DNA of 64,000 nt from Macrostomum lignano (taxonomy: Eukaryota), in contig NIVC01000227.1 of NCBI GenBank assembly GCA_002269645.1, positions 124,001 through 188,000 of the forward strand, read 5' to 3'. Positions 1 through 11,589 of this stretch are shown piece by piece. Within the stretch, counting starts at the first letter, position 1, and each line of letters starts with the position of its first letter. A model generated the notes under the pieces. It worked only from the letters and a program-made list of their open reading frames with translations, was not told the origin of the DNA and did no database searches. A program made the position numbers and the translations under genes.

Positions 1-232
1 TGAGAGCGGACAGTCTGGCACGTAAGATCCTTCTGGTTCCGCCCTTTGCCAGCGATGAAGATTTGACTCAATTTTTGAGTAAGAAAGTCTCACCTGTTAC
101 TTTTATTGCCTCTCCTCCTCTTAAACCAATTGTATCCTTCTCAGCGCCTGACTTTATACTGGCGCTGGCTTCCTGGCTGAGAACTTTAAACTAGCTGACT
201 ACTGTAGGCCTCCCAAACTGGAAGGCAACATT

Positions 233-1930
233 TTGAATCTACACCCTACCTTCAAACTCTCCGAGTCTGAGACGAGGCTGCTAGATAGGGGACTCAATTT
301 TATCCCAACCCAAGCCCTTGATTTGGATGATCTGAGGAACTGCGTGACGGAATTTCATCGTAAACTTTTCTGGAAAGACTTTTTCAAAAAGAGGGGTCTC
401 GCCAATGCCAGTCCGCCCCCTTTCACCGGGAAATCAGTGAAGGAGGTCTCCCCCAGACTTAGAAGTGATCAGTGCAACTTGTTTGTGCTTGAGAACCAAA
501 AACTGGTAGAGAATTTGACAACGGTACAGATCAAAGGCAACCTAGAGGCACCAGAGACCAGAGCGATTCAGGGGCTCAAGCGAAACAGCTCCGTCCTAAT
601 AAAAAAGGCGGACAAAGGTAACGCAGTGGTCATCATGCACCCCAAAGGATTACGAATTCGCAGCCTACAACCAAATGCTGGACACCAATGCCTATCAGCA
701 GCTGGACCAGCCATTGCAACCCGAGACTGCGGGAATTATCAGGGGGATCTTCCTCGATTTATGTAACAGAAAGCTCATATCTAAGAAACAGTTTTCTTTT
801 CTTTGTCCCGGAGAGAACTTCCGTCCCCGGCATTTCTACCTGCTCCCAAAAATTCACAAGGACCCGGCCACCTGGCTGATCCCCTTTCGGGTCCCAGCAG
901 GCAGACCTATCGTTAGCGGATGCAGTTCTGAAGCAATTGGGGCAGAAAAGTACATAGACTTCTTTCTAAAACCGATTGCCCAAGCGCAACCCACTTTCAT
1001 TAAGGACTCCTATGACTTCAAGGCACACCTTATGGATAAATGCTGCACGGAAGGTTCGACTCTGGCAACTTGTGATGTCCAGAGTCTGTACTCCATGATC
1101 CCTATAGACCAGGGTATTGCAACGATCCAGGAATTCTTTAACCGATACCCGGATCCCATTAGACCGGATGCTGAAATAATAAAGCTACTGGAACTGTGTT
1201 TGTATAGGAATGACTTTGAATTTGACAAAATGATTTTCCTACAACTTAGAGGTACAGCCATGGGACGCATATTTGCGCCCAGCTATGCCTGTCTGTTCAT
1301 GAGCCTCTGGGAGGAAACTGCCCTGAGAACTGCTCTTTATAAGCCGAAAATTTATTTTAGGTACATAGATGATATATTCATTCACTGGAACCACCCGGCT
1401 GAAGCTCTGACAGAATTTGTTCGACACCTAAATTCAATCAACCCCAACATCAAACTCACCGTCAGCTCCTCATCAACTGAGGTCAGTTTCCTTGACATGA
1501 CCATCAAGAAAGCTGAAAACCGCTTCACAACACAACTGTTTTTGAAAGAAACAGACACCCATAGATTGTTGCACCGACAGTCCTTCCATCCGTCACACAC
1601 CTTCAAGGGGGTAGTAAAATCCCAAGTTCTTCGGTACGCCCGTATCTGTGATGACTGTCTTTCAACGACGCTTTCAATTCTTTAAAATCGGAACTCAAGC
1701 AATTAGGGTACTCGAAGATTTTTCTTAGAAACTGCAAAAAGGAGGTCCTCAAACTCATGAACTGGACTGCGGGACGAACGACCAATCTGGGTCTGCTTCC
1801 CAAAGGGTTCCATCCCTGTGGGTCATCCCGCTGCAAATGCTGCACCCACTCACCGCATGCTCTCTCCGCCCAGGGTGAAGTGATACATTTTGGCTCTAGA
1901 AAGCTCCCATCCAGATTGAATGTATTTTAA
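233..1930 (+). pseudogene. PLE reverse transcriptase, frameshifts near 645 and near 1660
   Basis: ORFs 233-766 and 675-1685 join across an extra A in CCCAAAGGAT. A further frame continues ...SLKSELKQLGYSK...CGSSRCKCC. Confidence 0.88.
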
Positions 1931-2517
1931 CCAATGAATGCGCTCCAAATAGCAAAAGCTGAGGACACGACCCCAACCTCAACCAATGAAAAGCAGTTAT
2001 GTACCATCCAATGCGATCAAGACTGAAAAGTACTATAAAAGCTCATGTTAACCAAGCAAGAAGCTCGCCTTTTGCTCGCTCCGCCTCTCCTCGCCCTTGC
2101 CTCTCCTTCGCCATTCTCCTAGCTTACCTCGTTTGACTATTTTGATTGACACAGTTAGGGTCTCAACCCAAACACCAAAACTTATAAGTCGACTTACTAA
2201 AGCCAAACCAACACCCAATCCACGTTTCACAATAGACTGAACCTTCGGTTCACCCGAACAACTAGAAACACCTTGTGACTTAAATCGAACGAGCTTCTTA
2301 TTTGGAATTCCACCTTAGACATTATATTTTGTAAGATAACATCTCGAGATTGTGACCATCAAATACAACGGTCTGTAAGTTAACATCAAGTGTTTGCATC
2401 ATCAGGAAAAGTCAGTTGAATCCGCCGCCTCAGTTATTTGGCTCTCACATTGATATTTGAAGTAGAACAAGAGCCATAGAAGTGAGAGACCAGAAGAAGA
2501 ACAAGAACATATATTTT

Positions 2518-3076
2518 AAAATATTTCACGGGACTGAAACCGGCTTCTGGTTTTTTAATCTCTCAGAGCCTGTACTGTGGCTCCAAGAGCATCATCTATG
2601 GCATCTCCTGTAACCAGTGCCACCCTGGGAAAATCCTCTATGTAGGTATGACTAGAAGAACAATGAGAGATAGAATGAACCAGCACAGGTCAAATATTAA
2701 CAGGAGAGTCGTTACTTCGGGATCTGAGCACTTTCTCACCCCCAATCACTCGATTGCAAACTTTGTCTCCATTGCTATCGAACAAGTTCTTAATAACAAC
2801 AAAATCGAACTAAGGGAAGAAATCTGGATTAAAAAACTGGGGACTGACAAACCGCCAGGTACGAACATCAGGGTTGACAATCATCTTCTCCGACCCATTC
2901 CACTGGTCCTTCCTTTTCACCCATCTACGGTCTGGATTGCCAACGAGATTGCTAAAAACTTTGAGAAGCTACAAAATAAACCAAGCTCCCGCATACTGCC
3001 CGCATTTACACGGCAACGAAATTTACAGAGCCTCCTGGCTCCCAATAAGTTTAAGTCCCAGCCAGGAAACCATTGA
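2518..3076 (+). pseudogene. PLE GIY-YIG endonuclease domain
   Basis: FHGTETGFWF (frameshift in T run) ISQSLYCGSKSIIYGISCNQC..LYVGMTRRTMRDRMNQH..H..HF..REEIWIKKL..PPGTN. Confidence 0.85.
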
Positions 3077-3415
3077 ATCGTTTTAACCAATGCGCTCTTT
3101 TTACCTATAGAACTACAATATTTATTCACTTTGTCGTGTATTTTATTCAAACTGATTGACTGTACGCACAAATATCGATTTTTATTCTCCCACCCTCAAT
3201 ACCGCATTTTATTTAATCGTACTTCGAAAAAAAAATTTAATATACTAAATATACCGTCGCTTAAACTGACCGGTTGAAAGCCTCTGGGACAAGTTAGAGC
3301 TAGAATGAACCCAGTTTAAATGTACACCCCTCATATGTACAGCAGCTCAGCGATTTTATTAGACTGAGAAAACTAATACTTAAAAGACCAACTTGCACTG
3401 CATGAAACACTGATT

Positions 3416-3458
3416 TTTGGCCTGACGAAGAGCCCAGAGGCTCGAAACCGGTAGCCCA
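3416..3458 (+). ncRNA. Minimal type I hammerhead ribozyme
   Basis: GGC-CTGACGA-A-GAGCC(CAGA)GGCTC-GAAA-CCGG-TA-GCC: conserved core, 5-bp stem II, palindromic ACCGGT stem III, located in a PLE 3' end. Confidence 0.85.
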
Positions 3459-3492
3459 TACTAAATTAATTATTTTTTAAACACGCCGTGAC

Positions 3493-3494
3493 CT

Positions 3495-3553
<59 letters not shown>
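3493..3553. repeat. (CT)n microsatellite
   Basis: Direct reading of the sequence. Confidence 0.97.
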
Positions 3554-3557
<4 letters not shown>

Positions 3558-4037
3558 AGCTGCCGGTAAGTTCCTGTTACTAATTTGTGCTCTAATTGCC
3601 TTTGCTTATCCGGGGTTTGCTTATTTCCCATTGCTTGATTAGCGAGCCAAGCCAATTGTGATGCCGTATCTTTTGCTGCATTTTATTCAATAGTGAAGCC
3701 GCCGAATTGCCTGTTTATCTTGGTTAAGGGCATAATTATTTACCAGTATAAACTCCTCATTATTCACACTTGTAGTATTTTATTTGCTGCAGCGGCTCGT
3801 AGCGCTTGTATATTCCTTTTTAAAAAAGAAGCTATCGAAATCACAGCTTTAGTCTATGTCTACTCATTCCTCATCATCGACAAAGTAGTGTGAGCGAGCA
3901 TCTATTTCTACTCAGTTTTATTCTAAAAAAACGCTGATTGAGCATTCTGTGTAAGTTCTGTGATAGAATCTTAACACAAAAGAAAGATACAGTTGCATTG
4001 AGTCAATTTAGTCACGCGGTCTAATGTACTTTTTTCT

Positions 4038-4960
4038 TGTTAGTTAGAGTTTGTTTTCTGCGTAAACAGGCTAGAAGTCAGACGCCAACTGTGACTCAGC
4101 GGAGGGTTGAGTTTTTCTCCGAACCCCGGCTTTGCGCGGCCAGCCAATCAGAACCAGCCTGGACCCTGGCACGCGGCAAAATCCAACTCTACCCGGCGCC
4201 GCGGGCACAGCGCAATTCAGTTTAGCGAGCGGCCGGCCAGACGACCACCACCCGGCTTGAGGGGGGTTGTGAGGGGTCTGACTCTGACTATAAATGACAG
4301 TGTGTTTGGCAATCGGATCTCACCTTCCTACTCTTTCCCCGGCTTTTGGTTTTGCTCAACTTCCCGGCCGTTTTGCCCTATTTTTTTGGTTCGCGCTTTG
4401 ACGCGCTTGATTTCGTCACCCCCGGTCCGCGTTTTGTTCCTCGTCCGACCGCTTCAGTCTTGTAGCAAATTCCTGTCTGAAGTCGTCGCTATTAAGCGCG
4501 GTCTAGATAGAGACTGTCGGATTTGACCAAGTACGTGGCCTCGACCCAGAGGGCCTCAGTGTCACACTGAAGGGCAGCACTGATAGAACTTAGTCAGTGC
4601 TCCGTTGAACGGTCAATTCGGCAGGGCTCTCGTTCGAGTATAGGTTCCGGGTTAGGCCAGTGGTTAGGAATCTTCTCCGTGGCCCTGTTCGGTTCCTCTT
4701 CTTCTTCAAGCTGAGATCCGCTTGCCAGTTGCGTTATTAATTAATTAATTATTGTTACTCGTTGTATCGTTATTACTCGCTATCATCAGTGTCAATTTAT
4801 CTGCGCTGTGAATCGTATTAAGTATCTTGTAACTTTGCATATCTTGTCAAATTAAACCGTCAAAGTCAATTAGCTATTCTTACTAGGATTATCACTCTCT
4901 AAATCTATTCGGTTCGCGTTCATCTGTGTTCTTCCTTTTCTTGTACCGTACTGCAACTAT
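4038..4960 (+). mobile_element. Possible solo LTR or retroelement promoter region
   Basis: Starts TGT, then CCAATCAGA (~4144), CTATAAAT (~4288) and ATTAAA (~4850). No clear TSD or second copy. Confidence 0.25.
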
Positions 4961-5851
4961 TGGAGAAAGATTGGTAGAACTCGCCGACCGGCGATAGGCA
5001 AGTAGGCCAATAGTTTTAAAACCTCTGAACGCTCCAAAAAAGGATTTGTCTAGGGCCTAACTATGTATGATTATCAAGAGGTCACGATTCATACACAACT
5101 GCCATAGCGTCTAGGCCGGTAGGCTGAGACGCGGTAAGGCAGTTGTGTGTGAATCGTGAAATCTCGATAGTGGAATTGTGTCTAGTTTCGTCCAAAAACC
5201 AATTCAAAACGGCTAGGACACAACTTCCCAGACGGGAATTGTTCACTAAGTGATTCTAGGGATTTGTGTCATAGACATTTTCCACTTGGCGCAAGCCGAA
5301 TGATGGCCATAGACTAAACGTTTGGAACGAAAAGTTAAGCGGAACAGTCTGAAATTACCATAGACGAAACAAGTTAAATGAAGTTGTGGTCTTATAAGCT
5401 GGAACTCTGCAGCAGAGGATACATGTTCCTGTTTCTTCTGTTTGCCCTAACCTCTATTCATGCTACTCATACGAATGATAAATTGGTCGAATTTGCCGAT
5501 TGAAAGCATTGACGGCTTGAATGGAAATGAGGTCAACTTTCTCAGCGACTTGAGTATGGGTGGACGTGACGAGGCGAATGGCGAAGAGTTGATGAGGTTG
5601 ATCCGATTCATTGAATGCGGTAACGATGATGCTCTGCCACCACTGCCAAGCGAAGAAGAGGCTTGCCCCGAGGATCCCATGCGGAACAAATCATGCAGTT
5701 CGGCCGATGTGAGTGTAATTATTGTCGATTCTAGCTCTACTCATCGATTATTGCGGAACAATTGGTCCCACGTTTCATTATGCCCACGTTACGGCCGTTT
5801 TCGTATATGTAAACAATCTGTTTATTCAGCTTTGTTGTATTGAATAAAAAA

Positions 5852-6627
5852 TATAGCTTTTTGCAGCCCATTTGGGCTTACGCGCGTTTTATTTAATCCA
5901 GGATATGTTTGCCAATGTAACGGAGCTTTTGTCTATGGTAGCAAGGCTGGCACAGCGGCATTTAATTTGGTCCAACAAGCATTCAGTTTAGTCCATAGCT
6001 ACATTTGCAACTGCTGCGGAGGAGCTAGAGCAGCCCCAGAATTGTGGACCATATGCTAGGCTGTCAAACGAATGCCATTGGCTTGTGATCGAAGCACTGG
6101 ACAGGTGAACACCCAAAGGCTGCTGAATGTAAAAGAAAAGATGGTTTTCAGCATCCAGCAGCGCGTTGAAACTCTGCCGGCAGAGATTGCCTGCGAAAGG
6201 GTGGCCATCGCCAAGGCAAGTTGCTCGAGAGCCTCAGGTCCAACTGCTGCTCGATGCAGTAGAGACGAACCCTTTGTTGACGGTGCAGAAAATGCAGCAG
6301 AAGTTGAAGGAACAGCTCCAGTTGGTTATCAGAGTTCGGCTATCAGCAGAGCTCTGGAAAAGCGACAGAAAATTGTCGGTAGAGACGCTGACATTCTAGC
6401 GGTACGCAACAACCCGCAGACGGTAGCGAGAAGGCAGGAGTTTGCCAAATGGCTCACGAGCGTTTGGACCAAATTGATGCTTGTTGGACCAAATTGATGC
6501 TTGTTGGACCAAATTAAATGCTGCTGTGCCAGCCTTGCTACCATAGACAAAAGCTCCGTTACACTGGCAAACGTATCTTGGATTAAATTCAATGCGCGTT
6601 AGCCCAAATGGGCTGCAAAATGCTATA
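5852..6627 (+). mobile_element. Internally deleted IS630/Tc1-like DNA transposon with ~130-bp inverted repeats
   Basis: 5852-5982 is the reverse complement of 6497-6627 with few mismatches. Between them is a frameshifted HTH-like fragment (LLLDAVETNPLLTV..KLKEQ / SAISRAL..RNNPQTVARRQEFAKW). Confidence 0.6.
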
Positions 6628-7479
6628 TACTCGCAACCGCATTGATACAGGAATATACAGATTGCTTTTCTGCAAATGAGTATATCCAAATATAACCCGT
6701 TGGGTATATCCAAAGATGGGGGCGGCTTGACCATAGACTATTCGCAGACAGATAAGCAATCTGTCGTATTCCTGTTTCGATGCCTGAAAGGCGCGCAGAA
6801 ATTTACTTAGTTCACAATTTCCGTCGACGCAATCGTTTGTGGCCCAAACGAAACTAGACACAATTGCTTAGCGTGTATGCTGTTTATTTATTTATATTCA
6901 TCACATTGCAAACGATCAGGGGGTCATCGCTGACGAGAACTTCTTGCACAGGAACTATCGCTTGGCTTGCGGTCGTCCCGCCAGCCTTGTCTTCAGGAAT
7001 TTCAGGAATAGCATCTGTGCTTTGGTCAGCACCCGATTCGGCGGTGTCACCTTGCCTTGGAGGAATATCCGATTGACGAACTAGCTGCCTTTGTCGTCTC
7101 GGAAAGGATTTGTCCCGACAGAAGTAGTAACCGTGGACGGAATCTTCTCTTCCTTGTGCTCCTCGCGAATATAATCAGGGTCAGGCTGTTGTCTCGGTTT
7201 GGTCCAGTCGGTGAATACACTTGACAAACGAGTTCTCGGCAGTTCAAGGAAGACCAAACCAGCAGGAATTGAACCGTTGCATTGCGGGGTCGTATTTTGG
7301 TGCAGTCAGAACCCGATCGTAAGTCGCTCAAGTTCAACCGCATCCGCACTATCATTTCTAGTCGTTTCTGTAGCTGAAAAGCAGTAGCAGTACTTTAAAA
7401 ATTTGGGCAATTGCATCTTTCAGCAAATTGTTGATACACTGTCAGCGCTACGCCAGCTTAGCAATATCAGGCTTCAGAC

Positions 7480-10400
7480 GTCATTTCAGATAAAACCCTG
7501 TTGCATTCATTGTATTAAAATGTTTCTGCACACGGCCCGCCCCACCAGAAACAAACAAACTGGCGAAGACTGCGAAAGAGCGCAAAGCGGCCAAAAGGAA
7601 ACCGGCAAGCTGACCCCCAACACCAAAAAAGAAGCCGAAGAAAGCACGGCAAAGGCAGCAAGAGCAAACAAGCACAGCAGGGAGGGTCAGAAACGGCTAA
7701 GCACAGCAACGGCGAGCTTGCGAGCTGCGCCGAGGGACGCGTCATTCTGGGACAAGTAACAGTTCACCGCAACGCTACGCTACGCTGGACACCAGCAGCA
7801 GGTCATCCCTGCACCTTGACAGCGAACTCAGCCGCAGCACGGCACCGTGGCAGCAGACTGGATTTCCTGAACATGCCCCACCAGGCGCACATGACAGCAG
7901 CCCAGCAGGCCGCCTGCACCGGGCTTGAGCAGTCAGCTTGAAGACGCAGTCTGGACAGGATATCGGGTGACATAGCAGCTTGCGGCTCGGCTCCGCCCCG
8001 AGCTCGCGCTTGGCATGGCTCCCCGCAGCACCAGGTGCAGCAACGGATGCTTGGTCAGATCTGGCGCCCCTGCCAGCCGGAAGTTGGCGGAGAGACCGCT
8101 GATGTGCACGCATACGCTGCCGAAGGAGCGGAGCCAGGCATCTACGATTCGGGCAACATAATTCGCGAAGTCCTCCGCCCGGAAGCAGAGCGGGTCGAGC
8201 CGCCGCTCGAGACAAAAGCGTTGCCAGGAGCGGATGGCGGACGACAGCGACTTCTTGGATGATGAGGCGTAGGCCTGCTGGAGAAGCTTGGCGGCGGCGT
8301 CGTCGAGAAACCCAGGGAGGCGACCTGCAAAAGGAGAAAGGCGGCGGTGGGAGGGCTGAGCTCATGACAGGCAAACTCTTGCCGGCTGACACATGTTGCA
8401 TAGGCTCGCAACACAAAATTCAGCAATTCTTGATGGCAGTGCAGGTGGGAAGCTGCGTCAGCAAACAGCTGGAACCGGCCAGGCGCATGATAGGCGATAA
8501 TACCCACGTTCAGCTGTTTCAGGCAAAGCAGAGCAACAGTTTGCAGCAGCCGCAGCAACTAGGGCTCCCTGGAATACTCATTGTTGACGATCGCGCAGGC
8601 GGCGGCGTTGTCGCAGTAAGCGTCGACTCGGCAGTTGTGCAGCTGATGGCGCCAGCGCAGCAAGGCTAGCAGGACCGCAGCAGCCTCCTTGTAGTTGATG
8701 CAGCACTCGCAGCAGATGCCACCAGCATCGACATCCCACTTCAGGTAGCACCAGTCAAAGCCAGCCGGGTCACACAAAATAGCTGCCGCAGGCGTCCGTC
8801 TCCATGGCAACCGGTCTCCTGGACGTGGGCCAAATCTCACGATCTTGCTGCTGCCGCAAGGCCACCTTTCACTAGCCGAGGATGCTCTTCAACTGGTCAT
8901 CCATCAACAGCCGATCCATTGAGCTTGACAGGTTGCTGATGTGGTCGATCAGGTCGCGCAAGAAAGGCCGGCCGTTGACAATCACCTGGCAGGCCCAGTC
9001 TCTGCACCAGCTGCGTCAGCTCCGTGTAGAAACGCCAGCAATCAGTCAGCGACCCCGCGAAGCCGAAATCGTCCATGTAGACCTCGAAGTTGTAAAACTT
9101 GCGCTTGAGCATCATGAACCGACTGGCATTGCTAACCCGAAAGAAGCTGCTGACAGATGCCGCTGCACCAAACGGCAGCCGGGTGTCAACCATGTAGGTC
9201 GGCTCAACATCGCCTTCAAACGTGAACTTCAGGCCGGTGAGGCAGTGGTCACTTGGGTGAATGCCGCAAGACCTGTAGGCCTGGCTCAGGTCCACCTTGC
9301 ACATGTACATGCCCTTGCGCAGCCTACTGCCACAAGCCGCTGCCGAAGAAAACCGAAGCTTCCGTTGGCCCACGAACATGTCATTGAGAGCGCGACCTTG
9401 AGGCTAGCTGCAGTCATGGATGAGCCGGATGCCTCCACCCGACTTTTGAAAGGCGCCCAGGGTGCTCACAATCGCCGGCTTTGCACAAACGCGGTATCTG
9501 CCCGCCAGCAGCTCCTCAGAAATTTAAGCCTGAGCACTGGTACGGTGCTGACAGATGGATCCGTAGCTTTCTTGCTCAACATTGTCGACGGTACAACCGA
9601 CATTCCTGATCCTGATGCGGAAACCCTCCTTCACACCGGAGAGAACCAATTGCGCGAGCTCCGCTGGCATCTCGGTGTCGGCCAGCTCCAAACGCCAGGC
9701 TTCAAAGCACAAGTCGGTAGAGAAGGTTCCGCCTGAGTCGCCCTCGTCACGGGGTTCATCGAAAGCAGCAGCAGGGGCGGGCGACTCGATGTTAAGAGAC
9801 CCCTGCCACCGAACCCCGTCCATCAGTTTTTTGCCGTCTGGCCACCCTCCGATCTGTGGAAGGGGCCTCCGAGAGTGCCTGGCCGCAGCGCAGACAACAG
9901 TGCGTGAACCGGCACGGATTGCGATGGCAGCCGGACAGTCTGTTGTAGTCGAAGCAGACCGTTCGCTTCGGTGCTCACCTTGCCGTAGCAGCAGCCTGCC
10001 GCTACAAACTCGGTGCCGTCCTTCAGCAGAAGCCTGCCGTCCTTCAGCATCTGAATCAGCGCATTCGCATTCCCGGTAATCCAGTCACCGACAGACCGGC
10101 TCGATTTGTTTGGCGCCAGCCGCTTCCGAGTGCTGCCGAAGTCTGGCACCCGATACATGCTCATATGCTGCTGTCCTGGCTGCTGCACCTCAATTGGCCC
10201 TCTAGCTGTGGGTCCCAACACCAAGTCCTCAAGGCGTGAGTACTCACCGGGTACCGTGACATTCAGTAGTCGCCGCGGCGGCTCATCAACTCGGCCGCCC
10301 AGCTGCCGGATCTCAGCCTCCATGCGCGCTTGATCCCGGCGAATCGTCAGCAGGCGCAGCTGCTTCTCCGCTTCCAGCAGCTCTCGGTCCAGGTCGCCAG

Positions 10401-10950
10401 TCCCGTGGGTCTCTCCTGCCGCCCTTCTGTCACCGGCTGTCGCCCTCCTGTCGTCTGAAGACATCTCGCTGAGCTCCTGCCTCCTTGGATGATCGCTGCT
10501 GTCACGATTGTCGATGAGTCCAGAGATCGATGCTGATTGGGCTCCTGCTGAGTCTTGTGCCTCCGCCTGTCAGAGTCGCTCCTGCAAGGTGTGTTTTGTT
10601 TCCAGCAGTATGCAGGCCTCTTGCACGCAAGGCGGTGCGCAGCTCCTTTACAGTCATAGGGCTGTCTGACATGACTCAGCAGTCCAAAAAAATTTGCAAC
10701 CAAGGCAGAGAGGCAAACCGCCCCAGAACACAGCATAAAACCCCCGGCCCCCAACCCCACGAGGAGGGGTGGGGGGCCGGCAGGGGGGGGGACGCAAACA
10801 CGCGAGGGGGTGGGCAGCGTACACAAACGCCGGTAGCGCCGCAGCGCAAACCAATCAAAAATGGGCAAGGGTTGCTGGTAGATGCACGGCTGATTTCAAT
10901 GACTATTCCGACACTGGGGAGATACGTAAAGATGAGAAATCAAACGATAA
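7480..10950 (-). mobile_element. DIRS/Ngaro-like tyrosine-recombinase retrotransposon A (gag-RT-RNaseH-YR), degenerate
   Basis: Gag-like ORF 10464-9823; RT KVDLSQAYR..LPFGAAAS..YMDDF; RNase H INYKEAAAVLLAL..CDNAAA..HAPG..ADAAS; YR SPDIL..AACWAAVMCAWWGMFRKSSLL..AVNCYL, ending at ~7696 with an internal deletion. Confidence 0.88.
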
Positions 10951-11589
10951 CTCAATTGTACAATAAAAGTAAACTCGCGGGCTCAGATAAATCATGTAAT
11001 AAAAGGCTATAAAATAGCTCCCCGCCTTGACCCCGCAATGCTGTGTAGCTCTCTTATTTATGGTTTCGTGTAAACATTCTTGTCTACTTTTTGAAATTGA
11101 AAATAATTGAAAGGATCAATTGAAATCTGGGGACTCGGGTAACTGAAAAGAAATTGGGCTGATTTCATAAAGATTGTGAAATTGAAAGGATGAAATCCAT
11201 TTACGGTTTGGTGTACAAATTTCGGTTTACCCACTATTCCCCCGAATTCATACTGCATGGAATCCCGGATACGGATACGGAGACAGGAGACGGAAGCGTT
11301 ACAGATTTAAATACACACATAAGTTAGAGATTTTGGATGTGTGAATTTAGTATAGGGTAGGTGAATGGGAGGGGGTTTGGGTGTACGACTGTACCAACCA
11401 GCCAGCAAGATAAGAAAAGGAGGGGTGAAGTGCGCGAGTGAGGAAAGAGACGATATTAAATAGCCCATCAGAATTAGAATCAGGATTGGCTTTATGTCAA
11501 TTGAGATCTGGATGCTGAAGGGAAGATAAGCATATCACGTACAAAGAAGCTATATTGTTCCGCTACTAGCTATGGTTCACTGGAGTGAC

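Larger units (their letters stand above)
233..3490 (+). mobile_element. Penelope-like retroelement (RT + GIY-YIG endonuclease), frameshifted and interrupted
   Basis: N-terminal LLDRGLNFIP and IKKADKGNAVV, RT motifs GTAMG and RYIDDIF, Cys linker CGSSRCKCC, then GIY-YIG (IIYGISC..C..LYVGMT), 3' hammerhead motif, ending at a (CT)n tract. Confidence 0.9.

Noticed and set aside
5447-5843. Short ORFs at 5.4-5.8 kb and 6.9-7.4 kb
   Set aside because: No recognisable motifs; possibly decayed TE sequence, but unsupported.
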